Under the pieces are notes generated by a model. That model had not been told where the DNA came from, ran no database searches, and was given only the letters and a program-made list of their open reading frames with translations. The translations under genes were made by a program, and so were the position numbers. A DNA stretch of 44,114 nt. It comes from Nemertoderma westbladi (lineage: Eukaryota > Animalia > Xenacoelomorpha). Position 1 is the stretch's first letter. Every line of letters begins with the position of its first letter. The stretch covers positions 1 through 44,114 of the forward strand of contig JAUCBJ010003481.1 of assembly GCA_032718475.1 (NCBI GenBank). Reading direction: 5' to 3'. This document shows positions 21,810 to 34,695 of this stretch, piece by piece.

Positions 21810-22520
21810 AGTTTTGAACGCATAGAATAAGAATAGTGCTAATTTCCTTGTGATTGCCTGAGAGTTATTTGATAGCAGAAGCTTGAATTTGTGGGGATTG
21901 GGTCGTTGATGGTACCAATTGTCGATGTACTTGGTACGGAGTTCTGAATATTTGGGACAAACGAGTACAAAATGCAGTTAGTCTTCTATTTGGTTCAGGT
22001 TACATAGTTCGCAAATTCTTTCAATTCGCGGCACCGCCCGGCCTCAATTTGAAAGTCGTGTGATGAACAACGGAATTTAGCTAGAATGTGTCTGAGTCGC
22101 GGTGAGTCTTTTAGGCTGTCCAGATACGGTTTGGTTTCAAAGCTCCTTTTGCTATATAACTGTCCTTTAGGGGATCCGACCAGAGCTCACCATCATCCTT
22201 GCACAAATTGGTCTTTGATAATTTTTTTTACTTTGAACAAAAACTGGCGTTCTGAATTTATCGCTTGGTCTTGCCACACCCAGGATAAACCCAGACTGTT
22301 TATGAGGTCCCTGGTAAGTGACACCCAGTTAACCACTGAGTTGTCGTTCAGTACATCCTGATAGAGAAGATTGTACGTAGAACTGCCAATGTGCTATCAG
22401 ACAATAAACAGAACTTAGCTTCACTCGTCTATTTAATCCCAGTGCGCGAAAACCTTTGTCCTTTAAGATCCATACAATCCAGTGTTCTAAATCCATTCAA
22501 ACCGTACATACCCAATGGCC
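21810..22520 (-). pseudogene. 3' fragment of an RTE-X-like LINE ORF2
   Basis: LRHILAKFRCSSHDFQIEAGR..RICELCNLNQIED*LHFVLVCPKYSELRTKYI: C-terminal CCHC region of the same type as 29580-29900. Confidence 0.75.
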
Positions 22521-23799
22521 GGATTCATTTGCTATCACATACAGGTGGATCCTGGACCCTGGACCGATACAAATCGTCCTCAGCAGCCCTAACAACAACT
22601 ACGGTAACACAAAAGAACCTGAATGGAAAAGCAGCAACAAATTGAAGCGAGTCGGGGGACACCAGCGGGCTGCGTAGCCCCGACACCATCTTATGGGATA
22701 CCCGACGTCAAAATTGTTGCAAATAAATATGTATGATGGTACTACAAATACCGAATTTGACCTTACAACCGATGGAGATAGAGACATTTTAAAGTTTCAT
22801 GGGGTCTCCTTCAATGTGACAGGATTACTCCTTTCCTTTTCATAATTGTGGTTGACTATGTGATGCTATTGTCTTTTGACAAACGAATTATAGATGGGGA
22901 GGAAATACAACCAGCTAGCAGCTGTAAAAGTATAGGAAAACCAGCAATACATTTGATGGTCCTCAACATTGCTAATAATCCTCGCAAATATGTACTAAAT
23001 CCAGTCTTGATAATGCAGATGAATGGCTGGAGGTGGAATTGTGTAGGTGGCTGGCAATAAATCCTAGCAGTGTGGTGTGGTCCATATTTTTATGAATGCA
23101 TGTCGGTATTGATGATATATTATATTATTATTTTTTTTTATTATCATTTGATTGCAAAGAACAGCAATAGTTTGCCTTTAGATGGTACAAAAAATTAATA
23201 AAAAATTTAATAATTAATCAACCAATTTTGAATTTTGCCAAATACATGAATAAAGGGCCATTTAGCAATCTGCATTTTTTGCCAGGTAATTCTTTGTCAA
23301 GGAAGTTCTTATGGGGGCGCCATATCAGCCCAGCCATAAGGAAAAAAATGAAAGTCAGAAAAGAATGAAAGACATGGTCTGTCTGAAAATGGAAGAATGC
23401 ATATATCATCCAGTAAGTCCAGTAAGTCTGTAACTTACTGTATCTCCAGCTGAAGATAATAGCGAATAACCATAGAGTATGTTATATTAACTACAGCTGA
23501 TTAGTAATCGCAAGTTAATGTTGTAATAAATACCTTTTATACTTTGAACCCCACAGCCTACTACTAAAATATATGTAGGCTATGCTAAACAATAAAAGGA
23601 CAGCACTCGGAAAACTAGGCTGAACTGCCAAATTAGAGGAGAACAGAGCAGGAAAATGGATTCAATAAATGCTACAGATTAAGCAGGAAGCTGTTGATGC
23701 CTAACATGCATCAACTCAACATGCTGGTTGCAAGAGTCATAAACTACCGAGGTCAAAGCTTATTCATAAGCTAGCGAATGTTTGATAGATAAGCTGCTA

Positions 23800-25805
23800 A
23801 GTATTAAATGCACTACAACTGTCGAGTGAGCTCGGACAGTGTAAATGAGATCGTTCCAGGCTTCCTGATTCATCATAGTTACCGCAATTCCATTTCTCCC
23901 AAGTCCAGTATCCCTTTATAGTTGGTATCTATATATCATAATCCATTCTCCACAGTTGCTATTCTTTCCTTGTATTGTTGCCAGATAAGTAGGTCTGGAA
24001 TGACCTCATGTTTGCTTCTCCACCAGTACCCACAGAAGTTTTGCATTCACGGAGAGTGGTTGATACAGGTGGTATTGTACCATAAATCTCGGCATTTGTT
24101 ATGTGTTGTCTCCAGCTGATTTTTAGGGCTGCCCTTAGTAGTTTTGTATAACAACCATCAATTAATTGTTTAAGTGATTTCATCAGTGTCCTGGTTTCAT
24201 TGCCATATAAAAGTACACTACTTTCCACTGTGGCTCGAAAGACTTTCGTCTTCAGGTGATGAGAGATTGTCAATTGTGGTCAAGTTTCCATCAACATTAA
24301 AAGTTATTTCGGTCTTGGTATCATTAATATGCAATCCAAACTCCTGAGCAGCCCTCTCCACTTTATTATTTAGAAGCTGTGCATCGTCTGGTGTATTAGA
24401 GAGCAAAGCGATGTCATCTGCAAAGTCAGTGGCTGTGACTGTAGTTATCGGATATCTGCTACTTCTGTGTTCTTATGGTATGAATCGCAGATCTTCACCC
24501 TTTGTGCACATCTTCAAAGCGTAATTCAGTACAATTACGAATAGTAATGACATCATGTGTCACCTTGCAGTTGAGAAGAACTCAGTTTCACCATCTGGTG
24601 AGTGGTAGCTTTTGTCACAATATAACAATCAAATGCCACCAGCAGTGACAATTACTTCTGTTATTCCATAAACTCTTGGGATTTCTAGAATTTTACACCT
24701 GTGGAATGAGACAAATGCTTTTGTGAGGTCCCACAAATGTCAGATCTGTAGGAAAGTTCTTTGACTGAATTCCTTCAACCAGCCTCAATAGCGCTGATGT
24801 AATTGTAATTGAGCAGTTACCACAAAAAGACTGATTTCAAAATATGTCGCCATGCGCAGTTTGGTTGTGCGAAATGAATTCCATACAAAGAAATTAATAA
24901 AGTCCCGTGTCTCTATAGGTAGCGTCTTCTCATATATTTTCCTTGTAGGGCTGACCTCGACGTTTTGTGCTTGAAAAAGCCAGGTACTGAAGTGGGCATT
25001 CCATTTCCCAAAACGTTCTTCAGAGCTATCAGCTTTTAGCCGTCCCTTAGCATAACCTTTTCAACCTGAAATCTCATTTGCAGTTTACCATGTAAGTTTT
25101 GTTGTTGTCTGCTGTATGTGAGCAGTTGTTTTTTCTTCAATTTTGTCCTGTATCCATTTCTCCTGGATGATGTTATAAACCAATTTAAGATCTTTCTTAG
25201 CTTTCTCAACCTTGTTGATGTTTTGCTTGTTAGTTGTTCAGTTATTACTTTGTAGGTTTATCTTAAGATCTTCTCTTTTGCAAGTAACCTAAAAGTCTTG
25301 CCATGGCACATACTGCTTTTGTTTGTGTTTCTGGGGACTTGGCTGATTCCTTATCATATTATTTTATTTTATTATCTTATGGTATATTGAATCAGTAGAC
25401 TGCCTAACTTCGTCTATTATCTGAAGGACTTCAAAGCGGTTTTAAACTCCAACTAAATAAGCATCCTTTACTACATTGTCAGTTCTGAGTTTCTCACAGT
25501 CATAGTTGGTCCGCTTGCTTGTCCTGGGTTTGCTGGGTTTGCTGAATCTCAAGCTGACTCTGATCTCTGCTGTCATGATGCTGTCGTCCAAACCAATTTG
25601 AATGGGATGTATACTCGCAGTTAATCATGGTGATCGTACACTTTTGTTTGTAATCCAGCTGAGCTATCCATTAGGGTAATGAAAGGTCCACAGGTGTCTA
25701 AGAGTAAGCACCGATTTCTGTTTGAACTGGTGTTATAGGTATAACCCGTAATGTCTTCTGGTGTAATTTGCGTGTAATCAGATTACCAGCAATGACCTTA
25801 ACTTT
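23800..25805 (-). mobile_element. Heavily decayed RTE-clade LINE (partial APE plus RT)
   Basis: LWTFHYPNG..AQLDY; TATDFADDIALLSNT; FGLHINDTKTE; KTKVFRATVES..LLYG..IDGCYTKLLRAALKISWRQHITN. Confidence 0.85.
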
Positions 25806-25817
25806 GTGTATCGGAAT

Positions 25818-26116
25818 GTACTTTACAGTACTTTACAAGTCAGGGGAAAGTGGCTGAACTCGTTAGCGCTACTGACGAGGTGGCCAAGCAAGCAAACAGT
25901 CAGCCGAAGCCAGAGGCAACCAGGAGGCTCCTCTTTTGATAGCTGTGACCACTGGGTTGGGGTACATGGTACTCATATACATTGGTTTGCTCCCAGTAAT
26001 TTAACTGGTACTCATTTTATCGACCCAAGTGGATGAAAGCCTGAGTGGACCCGAGTGGGTTGAACCTACAACAAATAGATTGCAGGCCCAGTGCTCAGCC
26101 AACTGAGCTACGCTGC
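25818..26116 (-). mobile_element. tRNA-derived SINE with a Meta-domain-like conserved core
   Basis: Minus strand: GCAGCGTAGCTCAGTTGGCTGAGCAC (A box)..GGTTCAACCC (B box), then ACTCAGGCTTTCATCCACTTGGGTCGATAAAATGAGTACCAG; tail (TAAAGTAC) x2. The core identity is from recall of the consensus. Confidence 0.75.
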
Positions 26117-27487
26117 ATATAGGCTGTAAAATGTGCTTAAAACGATAGTTGAAACCCCGGGTGATGAGCTTCCTCATTTTTTCCCTTTCTGAACAAAATC
26201 ATATTATATACTTATAAATTATTTATAAGTCTATTCAGATCTCCATAAAACTTGACTTTTTATTCTGGCTCTGATGCATTATTGGTTGGACTCTAGCAAC
26301 ATATTCTCTTGTCTTGGGATTCACATCAAATTTTGCAACCATGACCCTAGTATTTATAGATTCGATGTTGTTTAAGATCTTAAATTCAAGATCTTGAAGA
26401 TCTGAAGGAAGGGTCTGTAAATAGACGAAGTAATGGCTGCATACTACCAAATGATTTCATTGTACAAGTCATGGGATCCTGTGTAGTAGATTGTTGTGAC
26501 TTGTTTGGGGCCTAGATGCCAAGCGAGTTCGTTGTTAACAGGACAAAGGGGTTCTAATAGTTCTGGATCTTGGGGAAAACTCGGCTAGTTTCATCTTTAA
26601 CTTCCACATATATTGTTCATAAAACGTATAATGGTAAATATAACTCAGCTATTGCCCCGAGTCATGAGGCTTGTGCGGGACAGTGGTACCACACAGGTTG
26701 AAAATTCAGGTTCAGTCTTTGTTCATAATAACTATGGGTTTCGCTGCAAGAACTTCAGTTGATGACCAATTGAGGTACAATATCTAATGTACAATACTAT
26801 ATTGGTGTTCTATCAGGACCACTGGATAAGATAATGTCTGAGTCAAACCTTCTAGGCTCTGATTGGCTGCTATCACTTGCTATAAATTGGTTGAGTAGCA
26901 TTGGCAATATATGACTAATCGTTGTTTGGGTAATTTAATCCCTGGCATTCCCTCTAGATACTTAGCATAGATATATTAGAGGTTCGTCTATAGCAACTAG
27001 CCACTGTGCAACTCTATGAACAATTGATGAACAATATAACGCAGTTACTGTTTGACATTGGCATAGCTTGTGCAACATGTGATTGTGACTTTTTTTATTG
27101 ACCCTTTTCTTAAGGCCTCAATTACTACCTTGACTTTATTAGCTAACAATACCCTAATTGGTGGGTGATAATAACTGTCGTAAAATGGCTGATGGCTAAA
27201 AAGGTGATAATTAAATTTTGGCTAATAAGGTGGCATATTGGTTTCTGAGGTGATGAAATGCATATAGGGATAATCCCATAACAGTCATTTAGGCTAGACC
27301 TCAAGTTTTTACCACAACAACTTGGGATAACTTTGAACAACATTTTGGGTAGTTAATTTAGGCATATGATATATTGGACGTCATTATGTATGACAGCAAT
27401 ATAATTATTATAAACTATCTATCGATTTATATCTAATATATAAATCACATATATATACAAGATTAACAATAATCGTTTATTTTCCAG

Positions 27488-27627
27488 GTAATATATTTAC
27501 CATTATTACCATATCATTTAACCAGAAGTTGCGCCATCTGACGAGCAATCATTACCTTCTTGCGCTGGCGATCTCAGACCTTTTGGTTATGGTTTTGTTG
27601 GTTGGAATTGATTGTATAATTGTGGAA
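27488..27627 (+). CDS. GPCR coding exon 2 (TM1 end, ICL1, TM2)
   Basis: Acceptor TTTTCCAG|; (G)NIFTIITISFNQKLRHLTSNHYLLALAISDLLVMVLLVGIDCIIVE with the LAxxD motif; donor GAA|GTGAGT in phase 0. Confidence 0.92.
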
Positions 27628-28007
27628 GTGAGTCACTCAATATTTATTTTAAAATTTAACTTTGTAAACCAGTTTGTAAAGAAAGCCTTTCTTTTATTTT
27701 CTAGATTTCGATTTCAGTTCGATTAACAAAGTATGAATTATAAAATAGTTAATACAAATAAATATTTTATTGTTTTATGTGATTTAACATTCATAGATTG
27801 TATAAATTTATAATTTTTAATTTTATTTTCTCGTTAAAATAGTTCTTACTGTCTTGTAATATTTTGTATTAAATATTACAAACGCCACTTAATAAATTAA
27901 TCAATTAATTACTTAAATAACTTTTTTGGTGATGCCCCTGCCTCCTGGCCTTGATCACGAGTTTCCCTGACGCATTGCAATCGCTTTATTATTACATATG
28001 TTTTCAG

Positions 28008-28176
28008 TACGTCGATGATCACCTGTGGCTATACGGTTACTGGTGCCCTTTGGTTCATGTTATTCAGTATATTGGAATAAACACCAGTGTATGGCTGGTC
28101 GTCGCATTCAGTTTGGAACGCTATATAGCTGTGTGTTTCCCATTGTACAGGAGGTCTTGGTGCACTATATCAAAAG
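28008..28176 (+). CDS. GPCR coding exon 3 (ECL1, TM3, ERY, ICL2)
   Basis: Acceptor TTTTCAG|; YVDDHLWLYGYWCPLVHVIQYIGINTSVWLVVAFSLERYIAVCFPLYRRSWCTISK; donor G|GTTAGT in phase 1. W.YGY..C..QY.GIN.S..AF..ERYIA.C.P..CT resembles TRH receptors. Confidence 0.93.
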
Positions 28177-29579
28177 GTTAGTCTCTTATTATCACAAAAT
28201 GAAGTATTGCATACTTTATTCTTAAATAAATGATAATTTTTATTCCTTGATGATGATTAGAATAATTGGAATCACAGTAACTATGGAAGCAATATGGTAA
28301 ACTGCAGCAGTTCAGTTTCTTGTAAATCTATAAATTGTTCACTACATTCTCGACTTTTGTAACCACACATTGCATTGAATGTGAAATCGGATATATTTTG
28401 TTTCCATATATATCAGCTAATCAACCATACCATGTGACTTAATGTAACGGTGAAATAAATTCCCCCCACCTAGACGTCACTGCTGTGCGCAACAAATGTT
28501 ATAATTAAAAGCATTACCCTACCGGTCGCATTTGTCTATGAGTGTAACTGTCCTGCCTAAATTAATAGTTAGAGTGTATAATTAATCATTGTGGCCGTGA
28601 TTGTTCATGATTAATTTATCAGGACTTATCATGAGACTAGACTTGGACTGCAATTGAAGGAGCAAAATGAATTACTACTGCAAATTAATGGTGAGACTAT
28701 AGGGAAAAATAGTAAAATTGACATACCAGTACATGACAATCGATATACAGCGGTTTATGTCTCCGGCTTACCTATAAATACCAGTGTAGTGATGCAATCT
28801 AAAACTGGTATTCGACCCATAAATGTTTGGATAATTGGAAAACGTAGGGAAATAAAGGATGTTAAAGTTACAGTGGAAGAAAAGCACCAAAAATTATTCT
28901 TGAACAAAGCCATGTGGCCTGGGAAAAATTCCATGGTGAGAGAGTTCTTAGACAACAAGAAGAATGGGACAAGACTTAATGATGAAAGACGGAACTTCAG
29001 ACTGAGTTAAGGAAAGTTTTTGAACCGTCAAAACTTGTATTACAATCATCAGAATCATTATAAAAATCTACAAAGACCAAACTACAATCCAGGACATGGG
29101 AATGGAGGGAGGGTACACATTACTATTACAATAATAGGTACCCATTACTTATAAATAAACGTAATGGACATCATCACCTTCGTTCATTCCATTCACATAA
29201 TGACCATTCACATAATTCTAGTGAATATCTCTAAGAAGATAGGCAAAGACATCTACAGTGATATCAAAGGCCAACTACAATTTTGAGTAATCAGATTGTT
29301 GAAAGTAATGCCATCAAAGATCGGAAAATCCGGGGTTATAGTAACTATTTTTAAGCAACATTCTTTCAGGGTATATATATAAATTTATTGACAAATATTT
29401 CACAAATAGCACGGGCACAATAACAATCAACTAATAAGGGCAACTCATAAATTTGAAATACAAATTACAAATGACTATAACATAACAATAATTGTCCAAA
29501 ATAATATTACTTCCATATATTCCTTAGAAAAGTGTATGTAAATTTCAAACTATGTACATTTAATTGTCTCACTTACTAC

Positions 29580-32546
29580 CTACGGGAATATTTTTTCCAC
29601 TTCAAAACAGAATGAACATAACGTATGATGTGCTGCACCATCGAAAAGGGCGTTCACAGAGCTGAATTTAGTGAGGCCGAACCTTTCGCATAATTTTCTA
29701 GTTATAGGGCAATTAACCAAAACATGTTCCTCGTTTTGTACTGTGGTGAGGTCGCAAGAACATACTCGGTCGCTGGGTGGCGTACGAGTCCACCTTCCCT
29801 TCTCGCTACGCAGAGAATGTGAAAAGGTACGGAACCGTGTAAACGACCTACGTTTGAAGTCGGGGATGTATTCAGTGGAATTATAGTATATCGAGTGGAC
29901 GGAGAGACTGGGATTAAGGACATCACGGTATTGACTAAACTTTGTTGCAGCGATCGGTTTTACCGTAATTTTCAGTTTCACAGTACTGAGGGAAACCTTA
30001 GAAGTTTCAGTCTCTGAGGGTTTACATAATAAATTAAAACTATGGATATTGGAGTCACCGCAAAGTTTAAAAACTTGTTTGATAGGCAAACAATCGTCAG
30101 TGACAGCTGAATATTTCTTAAAAAATCTGCTTTGAGCGTTTAAAATAGTTACCGCTAATGGTTGCAATCCGGATTCCACCAGACAAATATCATTAGGTGT
30201 AGTGATACGAACGCCCAGTAGTGACTTTACTGCTTTCATATACAATGTTTCAATCACCTTGAAAAACTGCACAAAATATGATAAATTTATTCACAGCATC
30301 GTTACACCTACTAACATGTAAATTTAAAATGGAGGACATTGCACCACTCTCTCAAAAAGGCGACCCTAGATACACATAACTGTAACAATGGTCCACAACA
30401 ATATTTTTATATGACATCGGGAGTTTATCTGAATAGCTGCCATTTATTACCAAAAACCTTGTCTTTTTTGTATTTATTACCATACCGTATTCTGTACAGA
30501 AGTCCACAAGCCCTCGAAATTTTGATTCGCAAGTAGCACGAGAGGTTGAAAGGATTACGGAATCGTCCTTCAGTAATAGGATTTGTATAACACCCAGAAA
30601 ACCATCAGTTTGAAAAGCATTTCTTAAATTCAGCACAAGTTGATTTAAATATACACAAAACAGGGTGACTGATGAAGGGGCCCCCTGTTTTACTCCTAAA
30701 CACGAGATTATTATAGCGTCACGCAATATATATTTTGTACACGTATACATGGATTTGATGGCGTATAACATCCGTTTACCGCAGCCAGCGTTACGTAAAA
30801 CTTCTAATAATTTATTGCGTGGCACTAGGTCATAGGCCTTTCGAAAGTCGACGAATAATACAAATAGTTTGACTTATTTCTGCACAGCGTAACACATTAA
30901 TAACCTAAGTGTTACAATTTGTTCAATACAACCTCTATATTTCCCACAACCCGCCTGACATCTATCAATATTTATCCACCTAAGTAACCGAGTATTAATA
31001 AGACTATCATAAAGCTTAGCAAGTGAGTCGAGTACACTAATTCCTCTGTAGTTATCACAAGACATTCTAGAACCAGAATGTTTATAAAGCACTATTAGCT
31101 TACTGTAGCACCAAGAAATAGGGTAACATGTGTATTCAAATACAACATTGAATAGCGACAATAAGAAGATTAACCAAGATCCTGGTAAGTTAGATATCAA
31201 ACCTAGACTACTCCCCCAGTAGGACTTATTTACTTTTATATCGGCAAGTGACTCAGCAAAATCGTGACATGTGAAGGGGTCGTCTAACTCAGGTATATAT
31301 GGGCAAGATTCAAATTCGATGAAATCGGTGTCCCTAAAGGATTGGGAGTGCTCGGGGTTAAGGAGGTTTTCGAAGTGCGATTTAAACTGAGTGGGTGAAG
31401 GTTGGTCTGTGAGTAAAGTATCATTTCCCTCGTAGATCTGGCCCTTCCAGTTTATGGACCTCCAGATCTGCTTCGCATTGTTACTCTCTAACAACCTTTC
31501 CCATCTCGAGAAATCCTGTCGTTCACTGTGGGTCTGGGTTATTGAGTTCCGTGGTTTCCGGGCAGTACTCCCACATTGGCTGACGGCGTCATTAAAGTAG
31601 CGGGTAGTTACATCGATATCTTCTGATGAGAGGCTGATTACCGACGGTGGTTCCAACATTTCCATTAAGTTATGAAAAAGGTCACAGTCAACCTTGGTAT
31701 GTCGGGGACTGTTCGCATACGTTCGGGATTGATTCTGAGTGCCGGATATACCCAACAGAGAAGAACGGTTTACTAACCAAAACCTGGATTGGATTTTATT
31801 TCGAGAGTCAAACAGGCATGGTCAGACCATGTATGGCGTCCCGGTGCTGCTAGAGATTGATCAATCTCACACGATAAGATATTATCAATAATTTCCCCCC
31901 TCGCTAAACCCAGATCGATTTCCGATACCCATTTAGTACCCTGTCTGTAAGACAGCATACCGCCGAGTTGAACCCCATTCCAATTAAGATGATTAAGTAC
32001 CGCTGTATCTGTTGTTTTACAGATGTTAAGTAGCTCTCGTCCACTGCAGTTTACTTCTGGGTCAGCAATGTCCCTATACTTGACGCCGACCAGCTTGTCC
32101 GATGGGTCTCCAACCCTAGCATTGAAGTCGCCGATTGCAATAACTGAGTTATTTTGTTCGAGTTCACCTTGTAAGTGAGCATAATTAAATAGGTCGTAGT
32201 ATGGCGAATCCCTAGGCGCGATGTAGTAGCCACCGATCCAGCAGTCAGGAATGCATTGCAACTGTATCCAAATAGAACCTTCAGAGTTTGATTCCAACCT
32301 TTGCACTTGATCTACAAGATAATCTTTAATAAATAACGCAACACCTCCCCGATGGGAGACTTTAGCCGTATTTTGAATGCATTCGAAACCAGGAAGATGT
32401 AACTTCGAAGGAGTCTTTGTCTCTAAAACCCACACCAAATCAAACTTATTAAAATACCTAACTAGTTCCGGCTGGGCGAGTTTATCCCGTATTCCTCTAG
32501 AGTTCCAAGAGCAGATTCGTAATGAGTTATTGTGCTCGAAGCATCC
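29580..32546 (-). pseudogene. LINE ORF2 (APE, RT, C-terminal zinc finger), disrupted
   Basis: ICSWNSRG..VLETK, GDFNARVG, SDH; frameshift near 31790; NYRGIS; in-frame TAA at 30874; FVDFRKAYD, GVKQG, LLLKDD; break near 30270-30350; RVCSC..EEHVLVNC. Confidence 0.9.
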
Positions 32547-33239
32547 CTACGCCTGGAAGGTTGTAGAGAAGCGGTCGATGATGACATTGTCCCGTTTTAA
32601 GATACGATCCCGGAAGTTGAGGTGTATATTACATCCCTGGTTCTCGGGCTCTATTTCCCTCTTGCGAAGGCGGGCCCATTCCTTACGAATACTTGGATGA
32701 GTGTCCCTCTTCACATAGACTTTATTCAGCGGTTCGTGAGCATCCTTAAGGTTCTTACCGTGACTAATGATACGGTTGCGCTGTTCCCTGTTGCGCACTA
32801 CCGCTAGAATTGGTCTCGGGTAACTCCTGGTGGCAGTTGGGCTAACGGGTCCAAGACGCTTTATCTTCCAATCGGCAGTCGGAGTTGTCTCCTGTAATCC
32901 CATTGCATCCAGCAATTCCTTAATCTTATCCTCATCTGGAACCGATGGCTCTTCTGTTAAACCTGTAATGATTATGTTCTTCTCTCTCCGTTCGTTGTCA
33001 ATGGACTCCATAAACCGCTGCTGTTGGCGAATGACTTCGACAGCTGAATCCAGCTTGGATGATAAATCATCGACTTTGCTTTGCAGTTTAAGGGAATCCT
33101 TAACTTCGCTGCGTAATGACTTCATTTCATCCAGCAGTCGCATAGCCCAACCTCCCGGTTGGTCAGTGGGGGTACTGACAGAGATATCGGTACCGGTACT
33201 GCTTTCATCCGCTGATCGGTACAATCTGTGCGAGTTCAT
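32547..33239 (-). CDS. LINE ORF1 (coiled coil plus RRM-like)
   Basis: First ATG at 33239; RREKNIIITGLTE..IKRLG..PRPILAV..VYVKRDTHPSIRKEWARLR. Confidence 0.82.
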   Translation of the reverse strand: MNSHRLYRSADESSTGTDISVSTPTDQPGGWAMRLLDEMKSLRSEVKDSLKLQSKVDDLSSKLDSAVEVIRQQQRFMESIDNERREKNIIITGLTEEPSVPDEDKIKELLDAMGLQETTPTADWKIKRLGPVSPTATRSYPRPILAVVRNREQRNRIISHGKNLKDAHEPLNKVYVKRDTHPSIRKEWARLRKREIEPENQGCNIHLNFRDRILKRDNVIIDRFSTTFQA

Positions 33240-34695
33240 GCTTCTAATAAACAAGCTATTTTCAAAGGGAAGGCTACATCCGAAAGCTATATTGAAAACT
33301 TAAAGATAGTTACTTTTAATTGATAGGGCTATATTCGCAATAAACTATACATAAACAAAGTAATAGAAGACACAAGTCCAGATATCTTGATTCTTCAGGA
33401 ACACTGGCTGGGACCACTCGCTGGCTATGCTGGGGCATAGACTCGTGTATTGTCTTTTTGGATGAACCATGTAACCTATCTGATCATACTCTAATCTTGT
33501 TAGATCTGAAGTTTATTACTGATTCCAAAGAAAAAGATACTTCTTTTATATGCCAAAGACTTAAAAAGAGGTTCTTTCACTTTGATAAAGCTACACCGAG
33601 GCAACTTAAGGGATATAATGATGAATTCAATAGTGTATTAGCTATCCAACCATATGCATGAGGGAGACAGTAATTATTCTATTGATCCAGCTTCTGCAAC
33701 AAAATCTCTTAGAATTGTCTCAGAAGCACTTTCACACGCTGCAACAAAATATATCCCAACAACTTACAGAAAATTCACGAAAAGAATGAGAAACCCTATA
33801 AAAGACTAACTATTATCAAGGAGATATAGTAGGGTCACTAAAAGGAGGCAAAGGAGGCATGGATTTCAAATGGGTCATCAAAACAGTATCTTAATGAATT
33901 CTATATAAACTATGTGAAGGCAAGTCATAAATACAGTGATGCTCTTGCTCGTATAGAAAGACATAGTTATCATCAGCATGTCATTGGAATGGCAGAAAAA
34001 TGTGCAGGAAAAGATAAACGGTTTTGGAGATCCATAAAAGATCCAACACCTAGGGTGGATATTACAAAGGATACAGCTGATAATTTATTCACTCATTTTA
34101 GCAACCATTTCAAAAATATATCGACCACAACCATGTTGACGGGTGATGTTGAAAATCAACAATGGGTACAACCTATTGAGGAGGTTCCACTACTCCTACC
34201 AACACAAATTGAGGAGGTGACCCATTACTACCTGAGCTAACATATATCTTCAATGAGGGTGGTTAACAGGTTGTTGTCCCCATGAGCTTGGACAGGCACT
34301 TTTGCTTCCTATTTACAAGGGAAAATTATTGGATAAATGTGTAGCAAAGAACTACAGAGGGGTAGCAATAATCCCCATTATATCAAAACTATGGGAGATG
34401 GTGGTCCTAAGGAAGAGCTACGATGTGTATTAATGGGACACTTTATAAAGATGTTATTAACTTACAACAAGGGGTTCACCAAGGTAGCATCCTAGCACCC
34501 TTCCTATTTAATGTATACATATCACAGCTGTTCACAAATATTATACAAAGTAAATGTGGGGTCCATGTAGGTAAACAACCCTTCAGTATTAGGCCTATTA
34601 GCTATGGAGACGATATACTTCTGATTGCTAACCTAAAGTCAGACTTAGAATTCATGGTCAATATAATGTTATATTGACCATGAATTCTAAGTCTG

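Larger units (their letters stand above)
29377..33287 (-). mobile_element. Near full-length RTE-X-like LINE, pseudogenised
   Basis: ORF1 followed by APE-RT-CCHC; 3' end AATAAA plus (AT)n; possible TATAT TSD at 29372-29376 and 33288-33292. Confidence 0.88.
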
